64,000 nucleotides of DNA from assembly GCA_902524535.1 (NCBI GenBank), contig CABZDR010000004.1:11902-75901 (forward strand), in the 5' to 3' direction. This DNA comes from an uncultured Pelagibacteraceae bacterium (GTDB lineage Bacteria; Pseudomonadota; Alphaproteobacteria; Pelagibacterales; Pelagibacteraceae). The position numbers were made by a program, and so were the translations under genes. This document shows, in pieces, positions 9,324 through 18,640 of the stretch. Positions within the stretch are counted from its first letter, which is position 1. The number at the start of each line of letters is the position of its first letter. The notes beneath the pieces were generated by a model. The model did not search any database. It had not been told where the DNA came from and saw nothing but the letters and a program-made list of their open reading frames with translations.

Positions 9324-10118
9324 ATGTTAAGTAACAATCCATTTTCAATTTTATCAGAAACTATTTCACCATATGCAATGCAATCTTTTATTATTGCAAT
9401 GGTTTTGTTGATTGCAGTTGGAACAATTATTCAAATGATACATCATAAAAATTTGACTTATTTTTTTAATAACGCAAAAAAAGCAAAACTATCAGCGACA
9501 AAAGAACTAGGTGTTGGAGAAAAAGTTTCCGTGATTGCCAAAACAACAGTTGTTGATATTGGTACTACCTCTGAATTAGGTTTTGGTAAAAGAAGATTAG
9601 CCCACGTTCTAGGAATGTATGGAACAATTTTATTTTGGGTGTCATCAGCTGTTTTAGTTTTTTGTTACACAGGTGCTGATAAACCAACTTCTCAAACTTG
9701 GTCAATCATTTGGCATGCAGGAGCAATATTAACTTGCTTAGGTGGGTATTGGTTTTGGTTTTTTTTAAGAGTAGACGTATCAGCAGAAGCTCATCCTTGG
9801 TATAGAATCATTAAAGCTGATTTATTTGTTTTAGCATTACTGGCGTGCTCAACTTTTGGGTTAGCTTGGTCATTCGCTCAATTTAATGGGCAAATAGGTC
9901 TATCTTATTTATTCTTAACTTTATTTGTGGCATCAAACTTAATTTTATTTGGTGGTGTTTATTGGTCAAAATTTGCACATATGTTTTATAAACCTGGAGC
10001 AGCAATACAAAAAAACTTAGCAGAAGCAGATGGTTCTAGAGATAATCTACCTCCACCAGCTGATGCCCCTGAACAATTTGGCCTGGGTATAAAAAGAGAA
10101 GAGCCAAAACATTATTAA
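9324..10118 (+). CDS. aprM: Adenylylsulfate reductase membrane anchor AprM
   Basis: About 5 TM; NPF..LS, RRLAHVLGMYG, GGYWFWFFLRVDV, WSKFAHMFYKP, ADGSRDNLP; directly upstream of aprBA. Confidence 0.88.
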   Translation: MLSNNPFSILSETISPYAMQSFIIAMVLLIAVGTIIQMIHHKNLTYFFNNAKKAKLSATKELGVGEKVSVIAKTTVVDIGTTSELGFGKRRLAHVLGMYGTILFWVSSAVLVFCYTGADKPTSQTWSIIWHAGAILTCLGGYWFWFFLRVDVSAEAHPWYRIIKADLFVLALLACSTFGLAWSFAQFNGQIGLSYLFLTLFVASNLILFGGVYWSKFAHMFYKPGAAIQKNLAEADGSRDNLPPPADAPEQFGLGIKREEPKHY

Positions 10119-10151
10119 TATGATAATAGAAAAAGGAGTAAAATAAAAATT

Positions 10152-10622
10152 ATGTCAACTTTTGTATACATGACAAGATGTGATGGCTGTGGACACTGCG
10201 TAGACATATGTCCGTCAGACATAATGCACATTGATGAAAATATTCGAAGAGCAAAAAATATTGAACCAAATTTTTGTTGGGAATGTTATTCTTGTGTCAA
10301 AGCATGTCCAAATCATGCGATCGATGTGAGAGGGTATGCTGACTTTGCCCCGATGGGTCACAGTGTTAGAGTTAGAAGAGAAGAAGAAAAAGGAACCATA
10401 TCTTGGAAAATTAAATTTAGAAATGGAACAGAGAAAAATTTTGTTTCACCAATAACAACAAAGCCATGGGGAAAATTTATACCTAAGCTTGCTGAAGGTG
10501 ATACACCTAATCAGGGAGAAATAAACTCGCAGAGACTATATAGTGAGCCAGAGGGTTTAAATACCAATAAAGAATTACCATCAGTTCCAAAAGAATCTTT
10601 CAAAAAAGGTGTCTACTATTAA
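10152..10622 (+). CDS. aprB: Adenylylsulfate reductase subunit beta (2x[4Fe-4S])
   Basis: TFVYMTRCDGCGHCVDICPSDIM, NIEPNFCWECYSCVKACP, VRGYADFAP, WKIKFRNG; SD AAGGAG. Confidence 0.97.
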   Translation: MSTFVYMTRCDGCGHCVDICPSDIMHIDENIRRAKNIEPNFCWECYSCVKACPNHAIDVRGYADFAPMGHSVRVRREEEKGTISWKIKFRNGTEKNFVSPITTKPWGKFIPKLAEGDTPNQGEINSQRLYSEPEGLNTNKELPSVPKESFKKGVYY

Positions 10623-12481
10623 TGGCTAAGCATAAAACACACTACGAGGAATGTGATGTATTAGTTGTTGGTGGCGGAATGGCTGGTACAGGAGCAACAT
10701 TTGAAGCCAGGCATTGGGGAAGAGATTTAAAAATTGTTTGTGTTGAAAAAGCAAACATTGATCGAAGTGGTGCAGTCGCACAAGGTTTATATGCAATTAA
10801 TTGTTACATGGGAATGCAATGGGATGAAAATCAACCTGAGGACCATGTGCGATATGCCAGAAATGATTTAATGGGAATGGTTAGAGAAGATTTAGGTTAC
10901 GACATGGCTCGTCATGTAGACTCAACTGTACACATGTTTGATGAATGGGGTCTGCCAATGATGAAAAATGAAAAAACTGGAAGATATCTTAGAGAAGGTA
11001 AATGGCAAATAATGATACATGGTGAAAGTTATAAACCAATTGTTGCTGAGGCAGCGAAAAAATCTGCTGATAAAATTTATAATAGAATAATGATTACGCA
11101 TTTGTTAATGGACGAGTCTCAAGAGAATAGAATTGGTGGTGCTGTTGGTTTTAATATGAGAACTGGTGATTTTCACGTGTTTAGAGCAAAGGCAGTTATT
11201 GTTGCTGCAGGTGGTGCATCACATATTTTTAAACCGAGAGCTGTAGGAGAAGGTATGGGAAGAACCTGGTATGCACCATGGAGTAATGGATCTGCATATG
11301 CCCTGCCTATTGCTGCAGGTGCTAAGATGACTCAAATGGAAAATAGAATTGTGTTGTGCAGATTTAAAGATGGTTATGGACCAGTAGGTGCATATTTTTT
11401 ACACCTAAAAACTTATACACAAAACGCAAATGGTGAAAATTACGAAAAAAAATGGTACGATCAAACTAAAGAATTAGTTGGAGAATATATTGATCATCAT
11501 CCAACTCCAACTTGTTTAAGAAATCACGCTTTCATCCAAGAAGTTGCAGCAGGTGGTGGACCGATCCATATGGTTACTAAGGAGGCTTTTCAAGACCCAC
11601 ATTTAGAAACAGTTGGATGGGAGAACTTTTTAGGAATGACAGTTGGTCAAGCTGTTGTTTGGGCATCACAAAACATTGATCCAAAGTATACAAATCCAGA
11701 ACTGACAACATCTGAACCTTACGTAATGGGTTCTCATGCTACGTGTTCTGGAGCATGGGTAAGTGGACCTGAAGATCTTTCTCCTCCAGAATATTTTTGG
11801 GGTTATAATAGAATGTTAACTATTGATGGCCTTTTTGGTGCAGGAGATACAGTTGGTGGTAGTGCTCATAAATTTTCATCAGGATCATTTACTGAAGGAA
11901 GATTAGCGGCTAAAGCAGCAGTCAAATATATAGATGATAAAAAAGCTGAGGGAATTAAAGTGTCTGATAGTCAGTGTGAAAATTTTAAGACTGCAGTATA
12001 CAAACCCTTGGAAATTTTTACCGTTGCTCAGAATGAGATTACTGGTGGTACAGTATCTCCAAGCTACATATCACCAATTCAAGGTCTACAAAGACTACAA
12101 AAAATCATGGATGAATATGTGGGTGGAATTACATCAAATTACATGACCAATGGAAATTTACTTAAAAAAGCATTAGAACTTTTAGATTGGCTCCAAGAGG
12201 ACTTAGAAAAAGTAGGTGCTGAAGATTACCATCAATTAATGAGAGCTTGGGAATTGAAACATAGAGCTTTAACCTCTCAATGTGTAACAGAACATACCTT
12301 GTTTAGAGAAGAAACACGTTGGCCTGGCTATTATTATAGGGGTGATCATATGAAATTAGATGATGAGAACTGGCATTGTTTGACTGTCTCAAGGAGAGAT
12401 CCTAAAACTGGTAAATTTACTTTAGAAAAGGTCCCTGTTTATCATATTGTCGATGAAAAAGAGAAAAAGAAAGCCTCTTAA
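10622..12481 (+). CDS. aprA: Adenylylsulfate reductase subunit alpha (FAD)
   Basis: GGGMAG, EKANIDRSGAVAQGLYAINCY, GKWQIMIHGESYK, PTCLRNH, EPYVMGSH, HKFSSGSFTEGR, REETRWPGYYYR; stop/start coupled to aprB. Confidence 0.98.
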   Translation: MAKHKTHYEECDVLVVGGGMAGTGATFEARHWGRDLKIVCVEKANIDRSGAVAQGLYAINCYMGMQWDENQPEDHVRYARNDLMGMVREDLGYDMARHVDSTVHMFDEWGLPMMKNEKTGRYLREGKWQIMIHGESYKPIVAEAAKKSADKIYNRIMITHLLMDESQENRIGGAVGFNMRTGDFHVFRAKAVIVAAGGASHIFKPRAVGEGMGRTWYAPWSNGSAYALPIAAGAKMTQMENRIVLCRFKDGYGPVGAYFLHLKTYTQNANGENYEKKWYDQTKELVGEYIDHHPTPTCLRNHAFIQEVAAGGGPIHMVTKEAFQDPHLETVGWENFLGMTVGQAVVWASQNIDPKYTNPELTTSEPYVMGSHATCSGAWVSGPEDLSPPEYFWGYNRMLTIDGLFGAGDTVGGSAHKFSSGSFTEGRLAAKAAVKYIDDKKAEGIKVSDSQCENFKTAVYKPLEIFTVAQNEITGGTVSPSYISPIQGLQRLQKIMDEYVGGITSNYMTNGNLLKKALELLDWLQEDLEKVGAEDYHQLMRAWELKHRALTSQCVTEHTLFREETRWPGYYYRGDHMKLDDENWHCLTVSRRDPKTGKFTLEKVPVYHIVDEKEKKKAS

Positions 12482-12504
12482 TTAAACATTTTAATTAAAA
12501 ATTC

Positions 12505-12855
12505 ATGGACTTATTAGCTAAATCTGATGAAGAAATTTTTGCAATAGGTAAACCATTTTGGGAGAACTTAGTAAGATCCTCAAATCTTAAGGATTATGGA
12601 AGTTTTACAAGAGATTTTTCAACACAGATGTTATTTGGTGCCAATGAGGTAGAATTGGGCAAGCAGTGGGCAAATAATGAGCTAATCACCAACTTAAATG
12701 AAACTTATGAGCCTTTCGGCACTTTAAGAAGGGGAGATCACATTACAGTTCTTATCAAACAAACTAATAAGAAAATTCCTGGTGAATTTTTAGGCAGACT
12801 TGTGCTTGGAGTAGAGGATGGCGAGGTCAAAGTTTTTGGTGCAACTATCTACTAA
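12505..12855 (+). CDS. Hypothetical protein directly downstream of aprA (possible NTF2/DUF3887-like fold)
   Basis: 116-aa ORF 23 nt after aprA; SN..DY..F.RDFS..M pattern and a beta-rich C-terminus. Fold call is tentative. Confidence 0.7.
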   Translation: MDLLAKSDEEIFAIGKPFWENLVRSSNLKDYGSFTRDFSTQMLFGANEVELGKQWANNELITNLNETYEPFGTLRRGDHITVLIKQTNKKIPGEFLGRLVLGVEDGEVKVFGATIY

Positions 12856-12882
12856 AAAAAGAATTAATTTTTCAATAATAGT

Positions 12883-12910
12883 TTGACAATTTATCTACCG
12901 GGTGTATGAG
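12883..12910 (+). promoter_or_regulatory. Putative sigma70 promoter for the small ORF and tauE
   Basis: Perfect TTGACA (12883-12888), 16 nt, TATGAG (12905-12910). Confidence 0.45.
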
Positions 12911-12918
12911 AAATATAA

Positions 12919-13053
12919 ATGCACCTTCCAAATATAAAAATGCCCCAAATACTCTCTGAAAAAAAAACGACGTTAATTAAAACAGGAATTTTTTCAGCAA
13001 TTGTTGCTTGTTGGGGTGTAATCTTATTTGGAACTTTTATAACTTTTAGTTAA
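12919..13053 (+). CDS. Small membrane peptide (44 aa)
   Basis: Read manually: MHLPNIKMPQILSEKKTTLIKTGIFSAIVACWGVILFGTFITFS*. One C-terminal TM helix; fills the gap before tauE. Confidence 0.55.
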   Translation: MHLPNIKMPQILSEKKTTLIKTGIFSAIVACWGVILFGTFITFS

Positions 13054-13075
13054 GTTATATTTAAAGTTTTTTAAG

Positions 13076-14170
13076 ATGGATGTTTTTTTACCTATAGCTC
13101 AAGTATTTATTAACCCTGTCGAAATACTTTTAATAAGCGCTATAGTTGGAGTTCTCTCTGGTTTATTTGGTGTAGGAGGTGGTTTCTTAATGACACCTTT
13201 TTTAATCTTCATGGGTGTTCCCCCAGCTTATGCAGTTGCCAACGAGGCCAACAATATTTTGGCAACCTCTGTATCTGGATCAACCACTCACTGGTTAAAA
13301 AATACTTTAGATTACAAAATGGGATTTATGATTGTAATTGGTGGAACTATAGGAACCATAGTGGGTATTTTTACTTTCACATATTTTAAAGACATCGGTA
13401 AAATAGATACAGTAATTTCTTTAGCCTACATGTATATTCTTGCAATAATTGGTACTCTGATGTTAGTGGAAAGTCTGGGTGAAATTGATAAAGCCAAAAA
13501 GAACATTGTAGAGAAAAAAAAATTACATGTTCATTATTGGATACATGGACTTCCTTTTAGAATGAGGTTTCCAAAATCAAAACTATATGAAAGTATATTC
13601 ACACCTATCATAATTGGATTAGTTGTTGGGTTTATAGCAGCTATAATGGGTATCGGTGGTGCATTTATCTTAGTGCCTGCAATGATTTATATTATTAAGA
13701 TGCCAACAAAATTAGTTCCTGGAACTTCCTTATTCGTAACAATTTTTGTGAGTGTCATAGTTACATTTCTTCATTCAATTAATTATGGTTCAATAGATCT
13801 AATGTTAGTGCTAATGTTAGTTATAGGCTCAATAATTGGAGTACAAGTAGGTCAAAAACTTGGTGAGCAAATTGATAGTTCTGGACTAAAAGCATTATTA
13901 GCAATTTTACTATTAATTGTAGGAATAGTAATTGCTTATGATACTTTCTTTGCAGAAGAAATACTGAATAGCACAACACCTATAAGCGCGAAAGACTTAA
14001 ATTTCTTCTCAAAGTTTATTAAAGAGTTTTCAGAGGATATGCCATTCTTCTATGGATTATTTTCGATTTTATTTGCTGTTATTTTAGGAATTGCAGCTGC
14101 TTTTATTAGAAGATCAATTTCAAAGTTTAGAGAAAAATATTTTAAAAAACCAGTTAAACAATCTAAATAA
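13076..14170 (+). CDS. Sulfite exporter TauE/SafE family protein
   Basis: Internal repeats SGLFGVGGGFLMTP and AAIMGIGGAFILVPAMIY; multiple TM. Confidence 0.88.
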   Translation: MDVFLPIAQVFINPVEILLISAIVGVLSGLFGVGGGFLMTPFLIFMGVPPAYAVANEANNILATSVSGSTTHWLKNTLDYKMGFMIVIGGTIGTIVGIFTFTYFKDIGKIDTVISLAYMYILAIIGTLMLVESLGEIDKAKKNIVEKKKLHVHYWIHGLPFRMRFPKSKLYESIFTPIIIGLVVGFIAAIMGIGGAFILVPAMIYIIKMPTKLVPGTSLFVTIFVSVIVTFLHSINYGSIDLMLVLMLVIGSIIGVQVGQKLGEQIDSSGLKALLAILLLIVGIVIAYDTFFAEEILNSTTPISAKDLNFFSKFIKEFSEDMPFFYGLFSILFAVILGIAAAFIRRSISKFREKYFKKPVKQSK

Positions 14171-15230
14171 AAAATTTTATATAAGTTTCTATAGTTATAA
14201 TACTCACAACTCCTACAGTTAACATTGCCGTAAATCCAACAACAAAAGGTTTATAACCCATATTTCCAATATCTTTTAAGTTTGTTGATAAGCCTATAGC
14301 AGCCATAGCCATAGTTAGGAAAATTTTAGAACTTGCTCTAATAAAATCTATAATTTCAATCCAATTATTATTAGTTGAGAAAACTTCATCACCAATATTT
14401 CTTAAAATTATCATCCCAACAAAACCTAAAATAAAATAAGGAAATATACTTAAAATGGAGTAACCCTTTTCTTTTACCTGACCTCTATTATAAAGAAAGG
14501 CAAAAAGAGGGATCATTACTATTAAAAAAGTATTTCTTAAAAGTTTTGTGACAGTTGCAATATTTAATGTTTCGGGACTATCATACTGTTGATCATATAT
14601 TAATCCTGCTGCAGCAACTTGTGATGTTTCGTGTATAGCTGTTCCTAAAAAAAGACCTGCAAATAACGAATTTCCCTCAAAATAGAAATTTGAGAAATAA
14701 GGATATAAAAACATCGATAATATTCCAAATAAAGTAATATTTGCGATTGCATAAGAAATTTCACTTTTATTTGCTTTTATTACAGGCGCGGTTGCCATGA
14801 TAGCAGTGGTACCACAAACGCTGCTTCCGATTGATATCAAGTAAGCCATCCGAGTTGGTATTTGAAGTTTCTTAATTAAAAGTTTTATTACGATTAAGAC
14901 ACTAATTATACAAATTAATATCAATGGAATTGCAATTTTTCCAAACTCAAAAAACTCAAAAGGCTTTAATTGTATTCCTAAACAGATTATGCCAAGTTTT
15001 AAGATATAATCTTTAGTAAAATCCAATCCTTTTTGAAAACTTTCTCTAATCTTAAAAAAATTCCCAAAGAAAATACCGAGTAGAATTGCTATCATCGCCG
15101 TGGAGATCGGACTTTTGATATATCCTAAAAGCTCAATACCAATAATGTTATTAAAACCTTGTGAAAGAGAATAAAGAACAAATGCAAGTATTATACCTGG
15201 TATGAACACCAAGAAATTTTTGAACAACAT
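14163..15230 (-). CDS. YeiH/PSE-family putative sulfate exporter (TauZ/SuyZ-like)
   Basis: AILLGI, LKLGIICLG, IGSSVCGTTAIMATAP, GTAIHETSQVAAAG, ATVTKLLRN, MAMAAIGL; directly downstream of suyB. Confidence 0.85.
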   Translation of the reverse strand: MLFKNFLVFIPGIILAFVLYSLSQGFNNIIGIELLGYIKSPISTAMIAILLGIFFGNFFKIRESFQKGLDFTKDYILKLGIICLGIQLKPFEFFEFGKIAIPLILICIISVLIVIKLLIKKLQIPTRMAYLISIGSSVCGTTAIMATAPVIKANKSEISYAIANITLFGILSMFLYPYFSNFYFEGNSLFAGLFLGTAIHETSQVAAAGLIYDQQYDSPETLNIATVTKLLRNTFLIVMIPLFAFLYNRGQVKEKGYSILSIFPYFILGFVGMIILRNIGDEVFSTNNNWIEIIDFIRASSKIFLTMAMAAIGLSTNLKDIGNMGYKPFVVGFTAMLTVGVVSIITIETYIKFFI

Positions 15231-15244
15231 TTTTTATTTAGTGA

Positions 15245-16411
15245 TTATGCGCTTCTATAAAGTTTAGTCATAACAAATTCTTTATGACCTAAAGCTTCAG
15301 CACAAGTTAGTCTTCCATTGGCTACTCTTAACGCAGTCTCTATAAGCTTATCTCCAGCCTCAGACAAGTTCATTTCCCTTGAAAGAATTTTTGACACATC
15401 ACAATCAACATGCTCACTCATACTTTTTGCGGTTAATGGGTTTGCAGTTAATTTTACGACAGGCTCTATAGGATTTCCAACTATATTTCCTTGACCTGTT
15501 GGAAATAAATGAATGTTAAATCCTCCTGCAGCTTGAAGTGTAATACATTCTGCGGCTGCTGAAGATGTATCCATAAAGTAAAGTCCTGGACCTTTTGTAG
15601 GTTCTTCAGCAGGTTCAAGTACATCTATAAATTTTAGGTTTCCTATTTTTTGAAAATTCCCGAATGCTTTTTCCTCAATTGTGGTTAAACCACCCGCGAT
15701 ATTTCCAGCGGTTGGTTGACTTTCTGAAAGATCATTAGTTGCTTCTTTTAATATGAAATCATTATATTCATTCCATGTTTTCATAAATTTATCAGAAGCT
15801 TCTTTAGTTGCTCCTCTTGCGGCACAAACATTTTCTGCACCAGTAAGTTCAGATGTTTCACCAAAACATAAATGAACACCCAAAGGTTCTAATTTTTCCA
15901 TTAGATTTCCAACTGTTGGATTGGAAGCTAATCCTGATGTAGTGTCTGACTCTCCACATTTTACTGAAATCCATAAATCACTCATTGGACATTCTTCTCT
16001 TTGTTTTTCTGAGGCCCATTGTGAAAATTCTTGGGCTTTTTTTGAAGCTTTCATTACAGTTCCAATATCTCCTGTACGCTCTATGTGAAAACCCTCAACT
16101 GGTTTTCCTGTTTTAGCGATTCCATCGACAATTTTTTTAGTCCATTTAGGCTCAATACCGATCACAATAACCGCTGCTACATTTGGGTTACTGCCTGTTC
16201 CAATCATTGTTCTGAAGTGTAAATCTAAGTCTGCTCCAAATTGTAGTCTTCCATAAGAATGCGGCAGTGCTATAGTCCCTTTTATATTATTAGCAACTGC
16301 TTCTGCACATGCATTAGAAATATCATCAACAGGTAAAATAATTACGTGATTTCTAGTTCCTGCTCTGCCATTTTCTCTTTTATAACCTAAAAAACTTTTT
16401 GGAATTTCCAT
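15245..16411 (-). CDS. suyB: (R)-sulfolactate sulfo-lyase subunit beta (UxaA family)
   Basis: [70 protein letters not shown]-terminal TKLYRSA. Confidence 0.9.
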   Translation of the reverse strand: MEIPKSFLGYKRENGRAGTRNHVIILPVDDISNACAEAVANNIKGTIALPHSYGRLQFGADLDLHFRTMIGTGSNPNVAAVIVIGIEPKWTKKIVDGIAKTGKPVEGFHIERTGDIGTVMKASKKAQEFSQWASEKQREECPMSDLWISVKCGESDTTSGLASNPTVGNLMEKLEPLGVHLCFGETSELTGAENVCAARGATKEASDKFMKTWNEYNDFILKEATNDLSESQPTAGNIAGGLTTIEEKAFGNFQKIGNLKFIDVLEPAEEPTKGPGLYFMDTSSAAAECITLQAAGGFNIHLFPTGQGNIVGNPIEPVVKLTANPLTAKSMSEHVDCDVSKILSREMNLSEAGDKLIETALRVANGRLTCAEALGHKEFVMTKLYRSA

Positions 16412-16414
16412 TAT

Positions 16415-16699
16415 TTACCACTTTTTAGTTTTTACATTGTGAACATGAACATGCTCACCTTTTTTGATCGCTTTAACTACTTTACCAATGTCATGACCAT
16501 ACTTTAAGATTGTATCACCTTCCTTTAGATCGACCATCGCAATTTTATGACCTAAAGGTATTTCATCTACTGATTGAATAGACGCCGAGCTATCATTTTC
16601 CATAATCCAGCATTTACAGTCTTGTTTTGGGGTTATTTTCTCTATCACTACTACACCTACATTATCTTTTTTATCGTGAATTATGATATCTGTAGCCAT
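16415..16699 (-). CDS. suyA: (R)-sulfolactate sulfo-lyase subunit alpha (SAF domain)
   Basis: HDKKDNVGVVV, IPLGHKIA, ILKYGHDIG, GEHVHVHNVKTKKW; paired with suyB. Confidence 0.9.
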   Translation of the reverse strand: MATDIIIHDKKDNVGVVVIEKITPKQDCKCWIMENDSSASIQSVDEIPLGHKIAMVDLKEGDTILKYGHDIGKVVKAIKKGEHVHVHNVKTKKW

Positions 16700-16765
16700 A
16701 TTTATAGTGTCGAAATGTTTGTTTGAATTTCCAAAAATCTTATATATTAATCGCGTCTATTAAGA

Positions 16766-16787
16766 AATAGTTTTATAAAAAACTATT
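16766..16787. promoter_or_regulatory. Inverted repeat AATAGTTTT-N4-AAAACTATT in the divergent suyA/xsc spacer
   Basis: Perfect 9-bp inverted repeat seen directly; AT-rich, so function is uncertain. Confidence 0.4.
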
Positions 16788-16816
16788 GCATATACTGGTT
16801 TAGAAAGGCTCTATAA

Positions 16817-18601
16817 ATGACAAAAATGACAACAGAAGAAGCTTTTGTAAAAGTTTTACAAATGCACGGTATTGAGCATGCTTTTGGTATAATTGGTTCA
16901 GCATTCATGCCTATTTCTGATATTTTTCCTGATGCCGGAATAACATTTTGGGACGTAGCTCATGAGACAAATGGTGGTTTGATTGCTGATGGTTACACAA
17001 GAGCAACTGGAAAAATGTCTATGGTCATTGCACAAAATGGACCAGGTATAACAGGATTAGTAACACCAATTAAAACAGCTTACTGGAATCATACACCTTT
17101 GCTATTAGTGACCCCTCAAGCTGCAAATAAAACTATGGGTCAAGGTGGTTTTCAAGAAGTTGAACAAATGAATTTATTTAAGGATATGGTTTGTTATCAA
17201 GAAGAGGTTAGAGATCCTTCAAGAATGGCAGAGGTATTGAACAGAGTTATTGAAAAAGCAATACGAGGCTCAGCACCAGCACAAATTAACGTTCCAAGAG
17301 ATTATTGGTGTCAAGTAATTGATATCGAGCTTCCCCCAATCGTAAGATTAGAGAGACAGGGTGGAGGAGAAGATGCAATTTCAAAAGCAGCAGAACTATT
17401 ATCAAAAGCAAAATTTCCAGTTATTTTATCTGGGGCAGGAGTTGTAATCGGAGGTGCTATCGAAGAAACTAAAAAGTTAGCTGAAAAACTTGATTCACCA
17501 GTTTGTTCTGGCTATCAGCACAACGATAGTTTTCCTGGCAGCCATCCTTTAGCGGTTGGACCGTTAGGTTATAATGGATCAAAAGCTGCAATGGAACTTA
17601 TTTCAAAAGCAGATGTTGTTTTAGCACTCGGAACAAGATTAAATCCTTTTTCAACTTTACCAGGATATGGAATTGACTATTGGCCAAAGAACGCGAGTAT
17701 AATTCAGGTAGATATGAATCCAGATAGAATTGGATTAACAAAAAAAGTAACAGTTGGAATAAGTGGGGATGCAAAGTTAGTGGCAAAGCAAATTTTAGAA
17801 AAACTATCCTCAAAGGCTGGAGATACAGATAGACAAAAAAGAAGAGATTTAATTCACCAAACTAAATCAGCATGGTTACAAAAATTATCAAGTTTAGATC
17901 ATGAAGATGATGATGAAGGAACAGTTTGGAATAAAGAAGCAAGAGAAAGAGATGCTGATAGGATGTCGCCAAGACAAGCATGGAGAGCAATTCAAGCAGG
18001 TATGCCAGAAGATGTAATTATTTCTAGTGATATTGGAAATAATTGTGCCATTGGTAATGCTTATCCAACTTTTGAAAAACCAAGAAAATATTTAGCTCCT
18101 GGTCTTTTTGGTCCATGTGGCTATGGTTTCCCCTCAATCTTAGGTGCAAAAATTGGATGTCCTGACACACCTGTAATTGGTTTTGCGGGTGATGGGGCTT
18201 TTGGAATTAGTATGAATGAAATGAGTTCGTGTGCAAGAGAAGAATGGCCAGCAATTACCATGGTTATATTTAGAAATTATCAATGGGGTGCAGAAAAAAG
18301 AAATACTACTTTGTGGTTTGATAATAATTTTGTCGGAACAGAACTTGATCCAGAATTAAGTTTTGCAAAAGTAGCAGATGCATGTGGTTTAAAGGGTGTG
18401 ACTGTTAAAACTATGGATGAAACTACTGCAGCAATCAAGCAGTCTTGTGAAGATCAAAAGAAAGGTATAACCACATTCATTGAAGTAATATTAAATCAGG
18501 AATTAGGCGAACCTTTCAGAAGAGATGCAATGAAAAAACCAGTAAGAGTTGCTGGTATTAAAAAAGAGGATATGAAAAAGCAACCCTCTTTAAACTCTTA
18601 A
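16817..18601 (+). CDS. xsc: Sulfoacetaldehyde acetyltransferase (ThDP)
   Basis: MTTEEAFVKVLQMHGIEHAFGIIGSA, AQNGPG, TAYWNHTP, SDIGNNCAIGNAYP, GDGAFG ThDP motif, NYQWGAEKRN, LGEPFRRDAM. Confidence 0.96.
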   Translation: MTKMTTEEAFVKVLQMHGIEHAFGIIGSAFMPISDIFPDAGITFWDVAHETNGGLIADGYTRATGKMSMVIAQNGPGITGLVTPIKTAYWNHTPLLLVTPQAANKTMGQGGFQEVEQMNLFKDMVCYQEEVRDPSRMAEVLNRVIEKAIRGSAPAQINVPRDYWCQVIDIELPPIVRLERQGGGEDAISKAAELLSKAKFPVILSGAGVVIGGAIEETKKLAEKLDSPVCSGYQHNDSFPGSHPLAVGPLGYNGSKAAMELISKADVVLALGTRLNPFSTLPGYGIDYWPKNASIIQVDMNPDRIGLTKKVTVGISGDAKLVAKQILEKLSSKAGDTDRQKRRDLIHQTKSAWLQKLSSLDHEDDDEGTVWNKEARERDADRMSPRQAWRAIQAGMPEDVIISSDIGNNCAIGNAYPTFEKPRKYLAPGLFGPCGYGFPSILGAKIGCPDTPVIGFAGDGAFGISMNEMSSCAREEWPAITMVIFRNYQWGAEKRNTTLWFDNNFVGTELDPELSFAKVADACGLKGVTVKTMDETTAAIKQSCEDQKKGITTFIEVILNQELGEPFRRDAMKKPVRVAGIKKEDMKKQPSLNS

Positions 18602-18640
18602 CATCTTTAAAATAATCAACAATTAGCGTAATCTTTTTTA

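Noticed and set aside
9324-12481. aprBA as evidence of dissimilatory sulfate reduction
   Set aside because: The anchor is AprM (sulfur-oxidiser type), no qmo, dsr or sat is in the window, and the context is aerobic-type complex I plus sulfonate lyases.
12478-12498. Inverted repeat TTAATTAAA-CAT-TTTAATTAA after aprA
   Set aside because: A/T-only stem, too weak for an intrinsic terminator and likely by chance at this composition.
15245-16699. Altronate/galactarate dehydratase (UxaA/GarD) annotation
   Set aside because: Split two-gene architecture, SuyB-type motifs and the xsc/TauZ neighbours favour sulfolactate sulfo-lyase.
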